A stretch of DNA of 64,000 bases, from assembly GCA_951406725.2 (NCBI GenBank), contig OX597835.1, positions 14,074,001 to 14,138,000 on the forward strand, read 5' to 3'. A program made the position numbers and the translations under genes. This DNA is from Octopus vulgaris (Eukaryota). The notes beneath the pieces are model-generated. The model ran no database searches, was not told the origin of the DNA, and saw only the letters and a list, made by a program, of their open reading frames with translations. Positions 42,546 to 51,990 of the stretch are shown piece after piece. Every line of letters starts with the position of its first letter. Within the stretch, counting starts at the first letter, position 1.

Positions 42546-45500
42546 TTCTCTTCTCTACAAGTATTATAACTGTATCAAAGAATTTCCAAAACATTCCAAA
42601 TATATATATATATACATACATACACATATATACATACATGTATAGACACACACTATTGAGAAAAGTATAGATTGATGTAGTGTAAAAATACTTTTGGATA
42701 CATAAACAAGCATCGTTTTGAAAAAGAGAAGTGAAATGTAGACTAGCAACAACCAGTTGGCGGGGGGTGTCTTCATCAGTTCTCAAATATAACACAATTT
42801 GTTTTCACGCAGTTTCAGTTTCGAATATTTGGAAAAAGAATTCAAAATCAAAAGTTTTAGAATCCGTTATGCAGAAACTGGCCGTTCTTCCCGCCACCAA
42901 TTAATCAACTTCCAAATTCAAAATATACAATGTTACAATATTATCTTAAGCTATATATTGGTTTTAAACTGTTATCTTAATTTTATTTCAGACACAAATG
43001 AATACTTCCACACACAAGGACAAACCATTCTCACTTCAACACTTCTGTTAACTGAATATTCCTTTGTAACAAAGAGGCGAGTTGGCAGAATTCTTAGCAG
43101 CATTTCGCCTGTCCTTATGCTCTGAGTTCAAATTCCGCTGAGGTCCACTTTACTTTCCATCCTCCGTCATGTGCTGGGTCAGGGCACAGCATGCATTTTC
43201 TGTTGGAACGTTTTGTAAACTTATATAATGTGGACAGCCTTTCTTTTTTTTTGCCACATACTCTACTAGAAGAGGAGCTGAAATAAGTTCAACTTACCAG
43301 CAAGTTCTGGGTCATCTTGTAACAAGAGACCCAAATTAGTTGTCGTCACGTCATCAAAGACTCCTTCCTGAAAGCACAAACAGAAACCTCACTTTTAACA
43401 GCAGTTGAGTTACAAAAGTACACAAGCACAAAAACAACATTAACCCTTTCTCTTATAGGCCCGCAGCCTGAAATTTGTGGGGAAAGGACTAATTGATTAT
43501 ATTTGTTTCTTTATTGCCCACAAGGGGCTAAACATAGAGGGGACAAACAAGGACAGACAAATGGATTAAGTCAGATTACATCGACCCAGTGCGTAACTGG
43601 TACTTAATTTATCGACCCCGAAAGGATGAAAGGCAAAGTTGACCTCGGCGGAATTTGAACTCAGAACGCAACGACAGACGCAATACCGCTAAGCATTTTG
43701 CCCGGTGTGCTAACGTTTCTGCCAGCTCGCCGCCTTATTTATATAATTGATTTATATAATTATTTATATAATTGCTTATATTGACCCTTGAAAGGATGAA
43801 AGGCAAAGTTGACCCCAGAATGTAAAGACAGATGAATGTAGCAAAGCTGGTGTTTGGAACGTAAATTAACATGAGACTTTGATAGGTTTTAATTTAGGTC
43901 ACTTTAAAACAGGAAGTTTGTATGATAGAAATCAGGGTGGGTTGGTAAGCTGAGAGTGGACCCTGCCCACTTGTAACTTACCTACCCAAAAAAGACAGAT
44001 CAATACTAGGCTGAGAAATTAGCATGGATTGGATGGTTCGACTGGGGTCTGGGAAGCCAGGAGGCTGCACCAGGCTCCAGTCTGATCTGGCAGTGTTTCT
44101 ACATCTGGATGTCCTTCCTAACACCAACCACTCTGTGAGTGTAGTGGGTGCGTTTTATGTGCTACCGGCACAGGGGCCAAAGGAGGCTGGCAATGGCCAC
44201 GATCGGTTGGTGCTTTTTACGTGCCACTGGCATGGAAGCCAGTTATGGTGGCGCTGGCATCGGCCATGTTCAGATGATGCTTCTTACGTGCCACCGGCAC
44301 AGGTATCACAACTACAATTTCCATTTGATTTTCATTTTGATGTTGATGTACTTGACTCAATAGGTCTCCTTAAGCACAGCAGGTCGCCCTTTGATCCAAA
44401 GTACTTTTGAATGGGCTGGGGCTGGTTATGTGAAATTGGTGTCGGATACAGCCGTGAACTCACTTTATTTGACCGGTCTTTGCAGTCACAGCATACCTCC
44501 AGAGGTCTTGGTCTTTCGTCATTGCCTCTGTGAGGCCTATTACATTTGGACAATAAATAATACTTACAGATGGAACCCAAACCAATCCCATTGCTATTTC
44601 TTAAGAAAGATTAGATTATCTTCAGGTAAGACACAAAGTTTCATCGTTGAGAAAGATGAGGGAGAGACAGAGAGAGAATGAGTGAGATATACAGTAACAT
44701 GATGGTTGTTGGTAATGAGGTTGAGTAGAAAGAGCATGAATGAAGAGTGTTGGTGACAGAGAGAGAGTAGAAGAAGGAGCAATGTGAAGGAAAGAGAGTG
44801 TAACAAAGATAGTTGGTGACATGGAGACCTGACATAAATGTGATGGGTGGGAGAGACCCAAATATAAAGGTTAAGCATTGCAACCTCCCATACTACTATT
44901 ATCGTCATGTTTATCTTTGTTTTACCTGTGCCTGCAAACTTAAAAAAAGGATGACAATGATACAATGAAATACGAAGATACACAACTTACCATCAGAGAC
45001 TGGTTTACAGGACTGTTTGCAGGGGGTAAGAACACGGACTCACTGAATGACTGTAGAAAAAGATATGAAATATAAAAGATTAAAGCAGTTCTATCTCTAG
45101 AAAAAAAAAAAATAAATAAAAGGGTTTTAAAAAGTTTATAGTTTAGGGAACAGAAATGTTTTAACCCTTTAGCATTTAAACTGACCGAAATATCAGTGCT
45201 GGTGCCACATAAAAAGCACCCAGTATACTCTATGGAGTGGTTGGCATTAGGAAGGGCATCCAACCACAGAAACCATGTCAGAACAGAGAGTGGAACCTGG
45301 TGCAGACCCTGGCCTTACCAGCTCTGGTCAAACTGTCCAACCCATGCCAGCATGGAAAACAGACAAATGATGATGATGATAATGATTTCTTCCTCAGGCA
45401 AATGTTAAAGTTGTACTCTGAGTAAGGCTTAAGGAACCCTGGGTATTACAGGAATGAGTAGAACAAAAGCTATCAGGAACAATTTAGAGGTTCCTGAGAA

Positions 45501-48500
45501 AGCATCTCAATGGTTCTAGTTGAAAAGAGATGATTGTAGGGGTCAGTAGAATGTTGCTTTGATACAGGCCTAGGCTTGATCAACCAAGGTCAGGTTGCCT
45601 TGACAAGGGGGAATGTTGTAAGAGGCGAAACAACCATTGAGCCCTGGATACAATGCTGATGATGGGTCCAAGTATTGCACCTGCAAATCTGTAGATGTAT
45701 GTTGAACTCTTACCTTGTTTGTTGTTTTCCTCAAACTTGAGACGGGAAAGGGTGATGCCACACTGGTCGTAGAGAAACTCTTGCGGTTGACTAAATAAAC
45801 ATAATCACATTATTTTATAGCCATCAGTATCTTTGGAATAACTTATGTTTGGTTAAATTTATGCAGAATTACAAAAAATATCAAAATGTTTACACAGAGA
45901 TGTTATAATGACAAGTAAAGAATCGGTGTGACTGTGTGGTTGAAGAACTTGCTTCCAAATCATGTGGTCTTAGGCTCAGTCCTACTGAGCAGCAATTTTG
46001 GGCAATTGTCTTGTACTATAACCCCGGACTGATCAGAGCTTTGTGAGTGGGTTTGATAAATGGAAACTGAAAGAAGCTTGTCATATATTTGTAACTAGAA
46101 CTATGACCTGGCGTTGCCGGGTCATAGTGCTAGTGCATGCATATACAGCTGTGTGTGTGCACATACACGCGAGTACTGTCCAAATCTCCGACCAATCACA
46201 TACAGCTAGCTGGCATTCAATTGGCGTATCAAGTTTCGGGCATTTTGATTGGGTTTTGGATAGAAAATTCACAAAAAAGTCACTTCTATTGATTTTTTAA
46301 TGGCTTTGCGGGGATGAGTGGGGAAATGTAAAGATGTGCACGACCACCCTTGTACGGTTTTGAATGACCATAGAAAGTGCGAGCCCTCTAACTGAAAAAT
46401 TGTGGATTTGTATAAAGGACACACATGCAGACATTTTGCCATTTATATATATAGAGATTGTGCATGACCATGTCTTGGCAGCACACAATGGTTGTGAGTA
46501 TCACCATGATACAAGCAAGGTTGCTAATTTTCAGTTGAGCTGAAGGGAAATAAAACTCTGTTAGAAACATGTGAGAGTTGGCAACAGGAGGAGCCAGTCA
46601 GGGGGCACAGGCATCAGCCACATTCAGATGTTGCTTTTTACATGCCACTGGCACAGGATCTAGTCAGGGAGCACTGGCATTGGCCACATTCCGATGGTGC
46701 TTTTTATGTGCCACCGGGCACAGGAGCCAGTCAGGCGGACCTGGCATCGACCACGTTCAGATGGTGCTTTTTATGTGCCACCGGCATGGGAACCAGTCAG
46801 GAGGTACTGGTATCGACCATGTTTGAATGGTGCTCTTTACGTGCTACCGGCATGGGAGCCAGTCAGGCAGACCTGGCATTGACCACGTAAAGAATGGTGC
46901 TTTTTAGGTTCCACGGGCATGGGAACCAATCAGGGGGTCTTTATCTAAAACAGTGGTTCTCAACTATTCTTTACCTATGGGCTCCTTTGATTACTATTCT
47001 ATTCTTGTGGACCCCCAAAACTATCCAATGTGTAAAAAGCTATTTTTATAGATGCTTCTTTCAAAATTCCTAATTTTGTTTTTCACACAATAACATGTTG
47101 AACTGTGTGAAATGTTAGAGAAAGAAAACCAAGCTGTTTCTTGCAATAAAATATACATTTAAATCAAAATGTTCCATGGACCCTTAAAATACTGCTGTGG
47201 ACCCTAATTTACTATTTTTCTTGCGTGCACCCCAAAATCTTACACAGACATCCAGGGTTCATATGGACTCTGGTTGAGAATTACTGATGTAAAAGAACAC
47301 ATAAAAATTAATTTAGGAATTAACGATTTGTAAACAGAGAAAACAACAAAGAAAATTGGATATTTACATTGAGAGGTATTTGGACTTCGGAATGACTGAA
47401 ACGATGAGTCTTGTGCTCCAATAGGAAGTCCCATGGCGTCATCTAACATCTGAATAGCTGAGATCAATTATTAAGGATAATATATAACAGGACACTGAAA
47501 GTTGTCTCGATGAGGAGTAAAAGGCACAAAATATCAGTTATTGAAGTAGGAAAATCATTTAAAATAAAATAAACAAAACAAAAAAAAACATTCAATTACT
47601 GCCAGTTTAGAAGCAGATAAATCTAGAATAGACTAGAAATGTAGTTAAAAGGGTCAGCTATTTTAAAACAGTATATTAAATTTTATTTGGTCCCTTGATC
47701 TGTGAGAGATAGCTGCCAAACTACACTAACATTTTAGAAAATAACTGACATAGATAATGTAGCCCCCCACCACACATATATTTATATACATACACACACA
47801 CACATGTTGGGTTGGTGCATAATTAGTGTGGTTTTTTTTTTGACAAATTTTATTCAACAAAAACAATAACAATATTTAACAAAAACATCTTTAAATGAAG
47901 ATCTGACCGTCTGCCAAGCAAATGGGAAGCAGTAATTGAAGTAGATGGTGAATATTTTCTGGAATAATCATTTAAAGATGTTTTTGTTACATGTTGTTAT
48001 TGTTTTAGTTGAATAAAATTTTTTAGGAAAAAAGCCGCAATTATGCACCAACCCAATATATATGTATACATATACATACATATATATATATCTTTATTGC
48101 CCACAAGGGGCTAAACAGAGAGAGGACAAACAAGGACAGACAAGGAGATCAAGTCGATTATATCGACCGCAGTGCGTAACTGGTACTTATTTAATCGACC
48201 CCAAAAGGATGAAAGGCAAAGTTGACCTCGGCGGAATTTGAACTCAGAACGTAACAACAAGACATACACACAAAGCTTAAATAAAAGATGGGATGGTCAT
48301 GGTGAGAATACCTTTGATCACAGGTTTGTTCAATCAAAGATGACCTGGGCTAAACAACATCACTGACAACTCAACTAAATTCAATAATTCCATAACAGTA
48401 TGGCTAACGAAGAACAATATATGTCTCACCCATAAGCTTAACAAAACAGCTTCAGCATAATTAGAATCAACAGCTAAATGTCATAATCACTAAACGAAGG

Positions 48501-49977
48501 CGCTTCGTTTCTTTAATGCAAAAAGGATACATTTCTGGAGATTGACTCCAGATATTGGTTTTCTTAATAAAGACGATCTTTTAGGTGTCATGCTTTGCGA
48601 ACTAAAGCTGGAAAAGATGGAGAAAAACAAAATTATATATTATAATTAAATTGCTGGGATTAATTGCTCAGATATGCTATTTAATTGATAAACAATAAGT
48701 TAATGGGTCATATTTGTAATGTACTGAAGTGCAGGCATGGTTGTGTGGTGAAGGAGTTTATTTCATAACCACACAGTTTTAGGTTCGATTCCACTATGAT
48801 TCTGTTGTGTAGCATCTTGGTTAAGTGCCTTCAACTTAGACTCAAGTCAACCCCAGCCTTGTGAATCAAAATTGGTAGAAACCTGTTAGCTGGTCTATGA
48901 AAAAAAAAAAAAATATATATATATTTCCCTTAGTCTATTGTAGGAATACATACTCTTGCCAGGTGTGTGTACTGGAGCAACGTGAAATGAAGTGTTTTGT
49001 TCGAGACACAATGCATCACCTCATCCAGGAATTGAAACCACAATTTTACAATCATGAGTGCAACACCTTGACCACTAAGCCATGTCTCCACAGCTGTTCT
49101 GTACCACTGCTGCTGCCACCACCACCTAGCTCCTGGGCAACTTAACTGGAACACGCTTCTATTGTAAGCATTCAAAACCCCAGTTCTGAGGGAACTGAGA
49201 TCTTTCTCTGATTCTCCATTAGTAGAATCCTGTGAAATGGATTGTGGTCGCTGTTCTTTCTTCTTCATCCGTTTAGCATTCACATTACTCAGTCAAAGGT
49301 AATTGCTTATTTATTCACATTGTTTTGAATTAATCATGCAGCCTCCCAGCTTGCCAGTCCTCAGTTAAACTGTCCGACCCATGCCAGCATGGAAAGCAGA
49401 CGTTAAACGATGATGATGCGCCAGCCTTGTCTGGCACCTGTGTCGGTGGCACATAAAAAACACCATCCGAGCGTGGCCGTCTGCCAGCCTCGTCTGGCAC
49501 CTGTGTCGGTGGCACATAAAAAACACCATCCGAGCATGGCCGTTCGCCAGCCTCGTCTGGCACCTGTGTCGGTGGCACATAAAAAGCACCCACTACACTC
49601 ACGGAGTGGTTGGCGTTAGGAAGGGCATCCAGCTGTAGAAACACTGCAAGATCTGACTGGCCTGGTGCAGCCTTCGGGCTTCCCAGACCCCAGTTGAACC
49701 GTCCAACCCATGCTAGCATGGAAAGCGGACGTTAAACGACGATGATGATATACATATTATATACATAATCTTTTGTTAAAAGCACCCAGCACACACTGTA
49801 AATCATATCAGATATATATTCCTATCCAACTGCCAAATGGAGATATTTCACATAGAGATATATATGAAATACAGTCAAACTTCTATGGAATTATGTGTGA
49901 GACAAGAATAAAAAAAATATATCTTACCCTGACATTGCAAACCTTGAAAGGTCGCACAAAGAATCCTCGTCAGACAT
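11508..49977 (-). CDS. NUP107: Nuclear pore complex protein Nup107, complete 26-exon CDS (927 aa); exons listed individually
   Basis: Manually spliced exons at GT-AG borders give one open frame of 2784 nt. Motifs recognisable from vertebrate NUP107: [86 protein letters not shown]. Confidence 0.97.
13094..13261 (-). CDS. NUP107: NUP107 coding exon 25 ([21 protein letters not shown]...[18 protein letters not shown])
   Basis: HQM.LLR and EC.QL motifs; cag/GTGAGT. Confidence 0.95.
13820..14530. repeat. Compound (GGT)n/(GAT)n trinucleotide array with higher-order units marked by GATAAGT
   Basis: Seen directly; lies in a NUP107 intron. Confidence 0.97.
14985..15459 (+). mobile_element. Representative RTE 3'-tail element with internal ~55-bp VNTR; about 18 copies in window
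   Basis: Same 3' end as the RTE LINE (AAAAAGCACCC...GGAAGGGCATCCAGC...AAACGATGATGAT). Plus copies near 7010, 10826, 11713, 12600, 16830, 20812, 27268, 35011, 41545, 49420; minus copies near 22431, 31553, 44022, 46580, 54842, 55855, 63145. Confidence 0.85.
15791..15859 (-). CDS. NUP107: NUP107 coding exon 24 ([23 protein letters not shown])
   Basis: YNVLLF..GGWMVD motif; cag/GTAAGT. Confidence 0.96.
15903..16377. mobile_element. piggyBac-like TTAA MITE dimer, copy 1
   Basis: Two ~220-bp CCCTTT...AAAGGG units flanked by TTAA and joined by a fixed 31-nt spacer. Confidence 0.75.
17208..17381 (-). CDS. NUP107: NUP107 coding exon 23 ([18 protein letters not shown]...[25 protein letters not shown])
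   Basis: FN.WF motif; tag/GTAAGT. Confidence 0.94.
17791..19705 (+). mobile_element. 5'-truncated RTE-clade LINE (RT ORF 17791-19290, frameshifted C-terminus, 3' UTR, (GAT)n tail), nested in a SINE inside a NUP107 intron
   Basis: RT motifs [45 protein letters not shown]; no APE domain. A frameshift near 19255 breaks the expected [10 protein letters not shown] segment; the frame resumes as [15 protein letters not shown]. Confidence 0.93.
20012..20083 (-). CDS. NUP107: NUP107 coding exon 22 ([24 protein letters not shown])
   Basis: N..RE..CI.A.L motif; tag/GTGAGT. Confidence 0.92.
20280..20760 (+). pseudogene. Decayed mariner transposase 5' fragment
   Basis: TA + TTGGGTCGTCCTATAAATAATG TIR-like start; [16 protein letters not shown]...[14 protein letters not shown] contains an HTH and the WVPHEL-type motif. 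Confidence 0.8.
21288..21376 (-). CDS. NUP107: NUP107 coding exon 21 ([29 protein letters not shown])
   Basis: AA..VF.K.P.DS motif; tag/GTCAGT. Confidence 0.92.
22306..22786. mobile_element. Degenerate Tc1/mariner-type MITE interrupted by an RTE tail
   Basis: Imperfect inverted ends AAAAGTTCTTGGCTTTA / TAAAGCCAGGAACTTTT bounded by TA. Confidence 0.4.
22920..23022 (-). CDS. NUP107: NUP107 coding exon 20 ([34 protein letters not shown])
   Basis: IDWL.FDP.QR.EA motif; tag/GTAAGG. Confidence 0.96.
24311..24471 (-). CDS. NUP107: NUP107 coding exon 19 ([37 protein letters not shown]...ISK)
   Basis: LELAKEA and [11 protein letters not shown] motifs; cag/GTAAGA. Confidence 0.96.
24862..25380 (+). 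repeat. Triplicated SINE B head (~174-bp period)
   Basis: Three successive CAGGAGTGGCT(G/A)TGTGGTAAG...AAGCCTGTCGTATAT units. Confidence 0.88.
25691..25826 (-). CDS. NUP107: NUP107 coding exon 18 ([19 protein letters not shown]...AYALFLE)
   Basis: YALFLE motif; cag/GTGAGT. Confidence 0.95.
28422..28537 (-). CDS. NUP107: NUP107 coding exon 17 ([38 protein letters not shown])
   Basis: HL.RFM.HL motif; cag/GTAAGA. Confidence 0.95.
28663..28732 (-). CDS. NUP107: NUP107 coding exon 16 ([23 protein letters not shown])
   Basis: QKF.IL.D motif; AG/GTAAGT. Confidence 0.93.
29552..29600 (-). CDS. NUP107: NUP107 coding exon 15 ([16 protein letters not shown])
   Basis: 49-nt exon, ttttttag/GTAAGT, required for frame. 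Confidence 0.85.
30173..30372 (-). CDS. NUP107: NUP107 coding exon 14 ([25 protein letters not shown]...LWAYFR...DLPNNYFLK)
   Basis: Conserved motifs; the donor is weak (AG|GTTTTG) but phase 2 fits the next exon. Confidence 0.92.
32106..32279 (-). CDS. NUP107: NUP107 coding exon 13 ([25 protein letters not shown]...[12 protein letters not shown])
   Basis: Highly conserved GQAWRAA.LEGW.LYHD; cag/GTAGGG. Confidence 0.97.
33475..33588 (-). CDS. NUP107: NUP107 coding exon 12 ([38 protein letters not shown])
   Basis: DPDAP/LDDLD/IRAG motifs; cag/GTATGT. Confidence 0.96.
33790..34187 (-). mobile_element. R4/Dong-like non-LTR retrotransposon 3' end in a (TAA)n tract
   Basis: [13 protein letters not shown]...IPVVIGALG...[16 protein letters not shown] is the C-terminus of a restriction-like endonuclease ORF; (TAA)n on both sides. 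Confidence 0.8.
35226..36020. repeat. Minisatellite of ~22-28-bp units TATGTAC(A/T)TACACA(TA)n
   Basis: Seen directly; ends about 70 nt from the NUP107 exon 11 donor. Confidence 0.95.
36090..36168 (-). CDS. NUP107: NUP107 coding exon 11 ([26 protein letters not shown])
   Basis: (W)ENTLH and RPL..EL motifs; AG/GTGAGT. Confidence 0.95.
36330..36720. repeat. Tandem ~122-bp amplification of an internal SINE B segment
   Basis: Repeated AACAAACACAGATACAAAC...GCTATAGCAGAAGACT units. Confidence 0.88.
36851..37175 (+). mobile_element. CR1-clade LINE 3' end inserted in a SINE
   Basis: RRHGDLI...RLRGHSEKL...[17 protein letters not shown] typical of the CR1 ORF2 C-terminus; frameshifted; short AACTT-repeat tail. 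Confidence 0.75.
37347..37438 (-). CDS. NUP107: NUP107 coding exon 10 ([31 protein letters not shown])
   Basis: VVDWLES motif; AG/GTAAGT. Confidence 0.95.
37532..38008. mobile_element. piggyBac-like TTAA MITE dimer, copy 2
   Basis: Same two units and same spacer as 15903-16377. Confidence 0.75.
39526..39597 (-). CDS. NUP107: NUP107 coding exon 9 ([24 protein letters not shown])
   Basis: ttttccag/GTAAAT; matches SE....LF..DS.VR..Q. Confidence 0.92.
40679..40782. repeat. Two tandem 52-bp units containing CTGATTGGTCAATCC
   Basis: 40679-40730 and 40731-40782 differ at two positions. Confidence 0.9.
40879..41022. repeat. Perfect inverted repeat, 66-bp arms with 12-nt loop
   Basis: 40879-40944 is the exact reverse complement of 40957-41022; loop TCGCTTTCACTC. 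Confidence 0.95.
41135..41264 (-). CDS. NUP107: NUP107 coding exon 8 ([43 protein letters not shown])
   Basis: cag/GTAGGT borders; ExxTWxLL motif. Confidence 0.92.
42037..42193 (-). CDS. NUP107: NUP107 coding exon 7 ([12 protein letters not shown]...[11 protein letters not shown]...RAAPNQV)
   Basis: AG/GTAAGT borders, open frame, FDLxxxYExxC motif. Confidence 0.92.
43298..43367 (-). CDS. NUP107: NUP107 coding exon 6 ([23 protein letters not shown])
   Basis: ctttcag / GTAAGT; similar to vertebrate EDVT...EDDPGEAA. Confidence 0.88.
44991..45050 (-). CDS. NUP107: NUP107 coding exon 5 ([20 protein letters not shown])
   Basis: ttttctacag acceptor, GTAAGT donor, phase 0/0. Confidence 0.75.
45714..45790 (-). 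CDS. NUP107: NUP107 coding exon 4 ([25 protein letters not shown])
   Basis: tttatttag acceptor, GTAAGA donor, phase consistent. Confidence 0.75.
46095..46457 (-). mobile_element. Non-autonomous Helitron-like element
   Basis: Minus strand reads A|TCTCTATATATATAAA...CTAG|T, with subterminal hairpin CTATGACCCGGCAACGCCAGGTCATAG and no TSD. Confidence 0.7.
46951..47286. mobile_element. hAT (Charlie-like) MITE
   Basis: TIRs CAGTGGTTCTCAAC / GGTTGAGAATTACTG; 8-bp TSD ATCTAAAA vs ATGTAAAA (7/8). Confidence 0.75.
47368..47457 (-). CDS. NUP107: NUP107 coding exon 3 ([30 protein letters not shown])
   Basis: Acceptor follows a TCCTTAAT branch site; donor GTAAAT; phases 1/1 consistent. Confidence 0.78.
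47458..48530 (-). other. NUP107: U12-type (minor spliceosome) GT-AG intron of NUP107
   Basis: 5' site GTATCCTTTTT at 48530-48520; branch site TCCTTAAT at 47477-47470, 12 nt before the intron end; no polypyrimidine tract. Confidence 0.88.
47807..48056. mobile_element. Mariner-derived MITE inside the U12 intron
   Basis: TIRs TTGGGTTGGTGCATAATT / AATTATGCACCAACCCAA with TA on the right; the centre encodes a transposase C-terminus [20 protein letters not shown]. Confidence 0.75.
48531..48607 (-). CDS. NUP107: NUP107 coding exon 2 ([25 protein letters not shown])
   Basis: Acceptor ttttccag; donor GTATCCTTT (U12 type); SLLRKP resembles vertebrate SLLRQP. Confidence 0.8.
49928..49977 (-). CDS. NUP107: NUP107 coding exon 1 ([16 protein letters not shown])
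   Basis: ATG preceded by in-frame TAA; donor GTAAGA; phase 2 fits the next exon. The N-terminus is poorly conserved, so support is mainly phase. Confidence 0.7.
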
Positions 49978-51416
49978 ATTTCTTAATTAGTTGATGGGTG
50001 TTAGCAGAGGAATTGTCTGCTGTAGCAGAGAACCAAGAAAATATTCAATATATCACTTCAGGAAACATTAACCATCATTCATAATAGAATTGGCGAAGTA
50101 ATTCTGAAATAACAATATAAAAAACATAAATAGTAATCAGAAAAAAAAAACGAAACAAAAATGTGATTATCAACAAAACTAGAAGTGTGGAGTTGAGAGT
50201 GAAATCTCTACCTTAAACTATTAGTTTAAAATGTTTACGTTTCATAAATTTAGAAGTTGATAACTGCAGAAACCTTTGTCATAAAAATGAATCCCTAGGT
50301 TATTGAATATGGGTTTAATCCCCTTATTAAACGTATTAAAATTTCAAATTGAACTAGACATTCCTTTCTACTATAGGCACAAGGCCTGAAATATTAAGGG
50401 AAGTTAGAAGCTAATCACACAGACTTCAGTGTTGAACTGATGCTTATTTTGTCGAATCGGAAAGGAATGAAAGGCCAAGTCGACCACGATTGTACTTGAA
50501 CGCAGAACGTAAAGAGAAGAAATTTCGCTTAGCAATTTTGTCCGGAGTGCTAACGATTCTGCCAGCTGACCGTTTGACATTTGGGAAATAACTTCAAATA
50601 TATGAAACCGTTCTGAAAGATGACAGATTGATATTTTGAGCAGGAGACAAATGGACAATGTTCCGGGATTTTTCTCAAAGACACCAACGAACTATATAGG
50701 GGGTCTGTACCATCATAGACTGATGACATAGAACATCGTTACTCAAACTTTTTGGAAACACGGTTTTATTCAAGAAAAATTTGCCACGGACAGTTCGATC
50801 ACGAGCATAACAAGACACAATAAAGTGCATAATATATAATAAAAATATATTACTTATACAATACCTATGTTCACATACATAAAACAAGCCTTCTCGGGTT
50901 CAATTGTAGCATAGTCAATGAAATGGTTTGTTTTATGTATATGAATATATTTATAGCTACATAATGCAAAAAATACGCTGCAGCCTGCAATAGTCAACGA
51001 AATAGAAGTAAGATTTAAAGATTTATTCTTTCTCTACGGCCAGCTACTAAATGATCCGCGGCCTGGTGGTTGGGGACACTTGGTACAGAAGACAATAAAC
51101 CCAAACACATCTTTTGGCATGTGAGTTCAAAAACAGTGAAATATTGATAAATAAGGGATTCTCATATCTTTAGTTAGTTTTACTGTAGCAAATGAAGGTG
51201 TGTGTTTCTCAAGAATAGGTTCCCGTGGTTATTGTAGGATTCAAACTGTCGTTTTATTTCCCGCTGCATTGGAAACATTTCAAGAGAATCGCATTTATTT
51301 ACCAAAGAGAAAGAAAACTCGCACATGTTGAAGGAAAGAATAATAATAACAGCAACAACGAACGTAAACGCAAGGAGAAATAACAGATTTTTTTTTCTTC
51401 TTTTAAATAATTTCTA

Positions 51417-51845
51417 GGCAATCTTTCGTCTCTAGTAGACCTTTCCGTCGATATCCGTAAACAAATTTTTTTCTTTTTACATATGGGCTTGCGGGAACTT
51501 TTGAAGTAATGAGAGCGAAAGAGACTAAGAGAAAGCGATTGTATGACGAGGGAAGTTCTTTTGAAGTTACCGTGCATGTGAAGCATTGATGTACATGTGT
51601 GTGTGTGTGTGTTTGATGGGGTGTGGGAGACAGACAGTATGTTGTGTAAGTAAAGTGCTTCTGTTAGTGTGTGTGAAGAGACAGAGAGAGTAATGTGTGA
51701 AAAAAAGAGATAACTGAAATTTTTTACTCGGTGTATGTGTATATGTATGTATATTACTTCAAAAGTTCCCGCAAGCCCATATGTAAGAAAAAAAAATTTT
51801 TTTACGGAAATCGACGGAAAGGTCTACTAGAGACGAAAGATGGCC
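51417..51845. mobile_element. Merlin-like MITE, family 2 (429 bp)
   Basis: About 90-bp TIRs starting GGC(A/C)ATCTTTCGTCTCTAGTAGACC; perfect 8-bp TSD AATTTCTA (51409-51416 and 51846-51853); GG..CC termini. Confidence 0.8.
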
Positions 51846-51916
51846 AATTTCTAAATATGAAACAGTAAAAATAGTTTAAACGAAATAAAAAGCTGCAGAA
51901 AAAACACAAATCTTAC

Positions 51917-51990
51917 CTAATTAAAAACGTTCAACAGAAGAACTTGGCGCTGAATAAAACGGTGTGGAACTTGTAGGCGGACTTCTAAAC
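51917..51990 (-). other. NUP107: Probable non-coding first exon (5' UTR) of NUP107; 5' limit approximate
   Basis: Strong donor AG|GTAAGA at 51916. The ATG-bearing exon has an upstream acceptor (NAGNAG at 50017-50022), so an upstream exon is expected. Confidence 0.5.

Noticed and set aside
42735-42790. CTGATGA motif on the minus strand suggesting a hammerhead ribozyme
   Set aside because: No matching GAAA after a stem II; core incomplete.
46580-46940. CRISPR-like regularly spaced repeats (also 27268-27480, 49420-49590)
   Set aside because: The units are full tandem repeats without unique spacers, belong to the RTE tail, and there are no cas genes; eukaryotic context.
47449-47452. Alternative CAG acceptor immediately before ATGTTAGAT
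   Set aside because: Out of phase with the upstream exon; the acceptor at 47458 fits both frame and U12 branch spacing.
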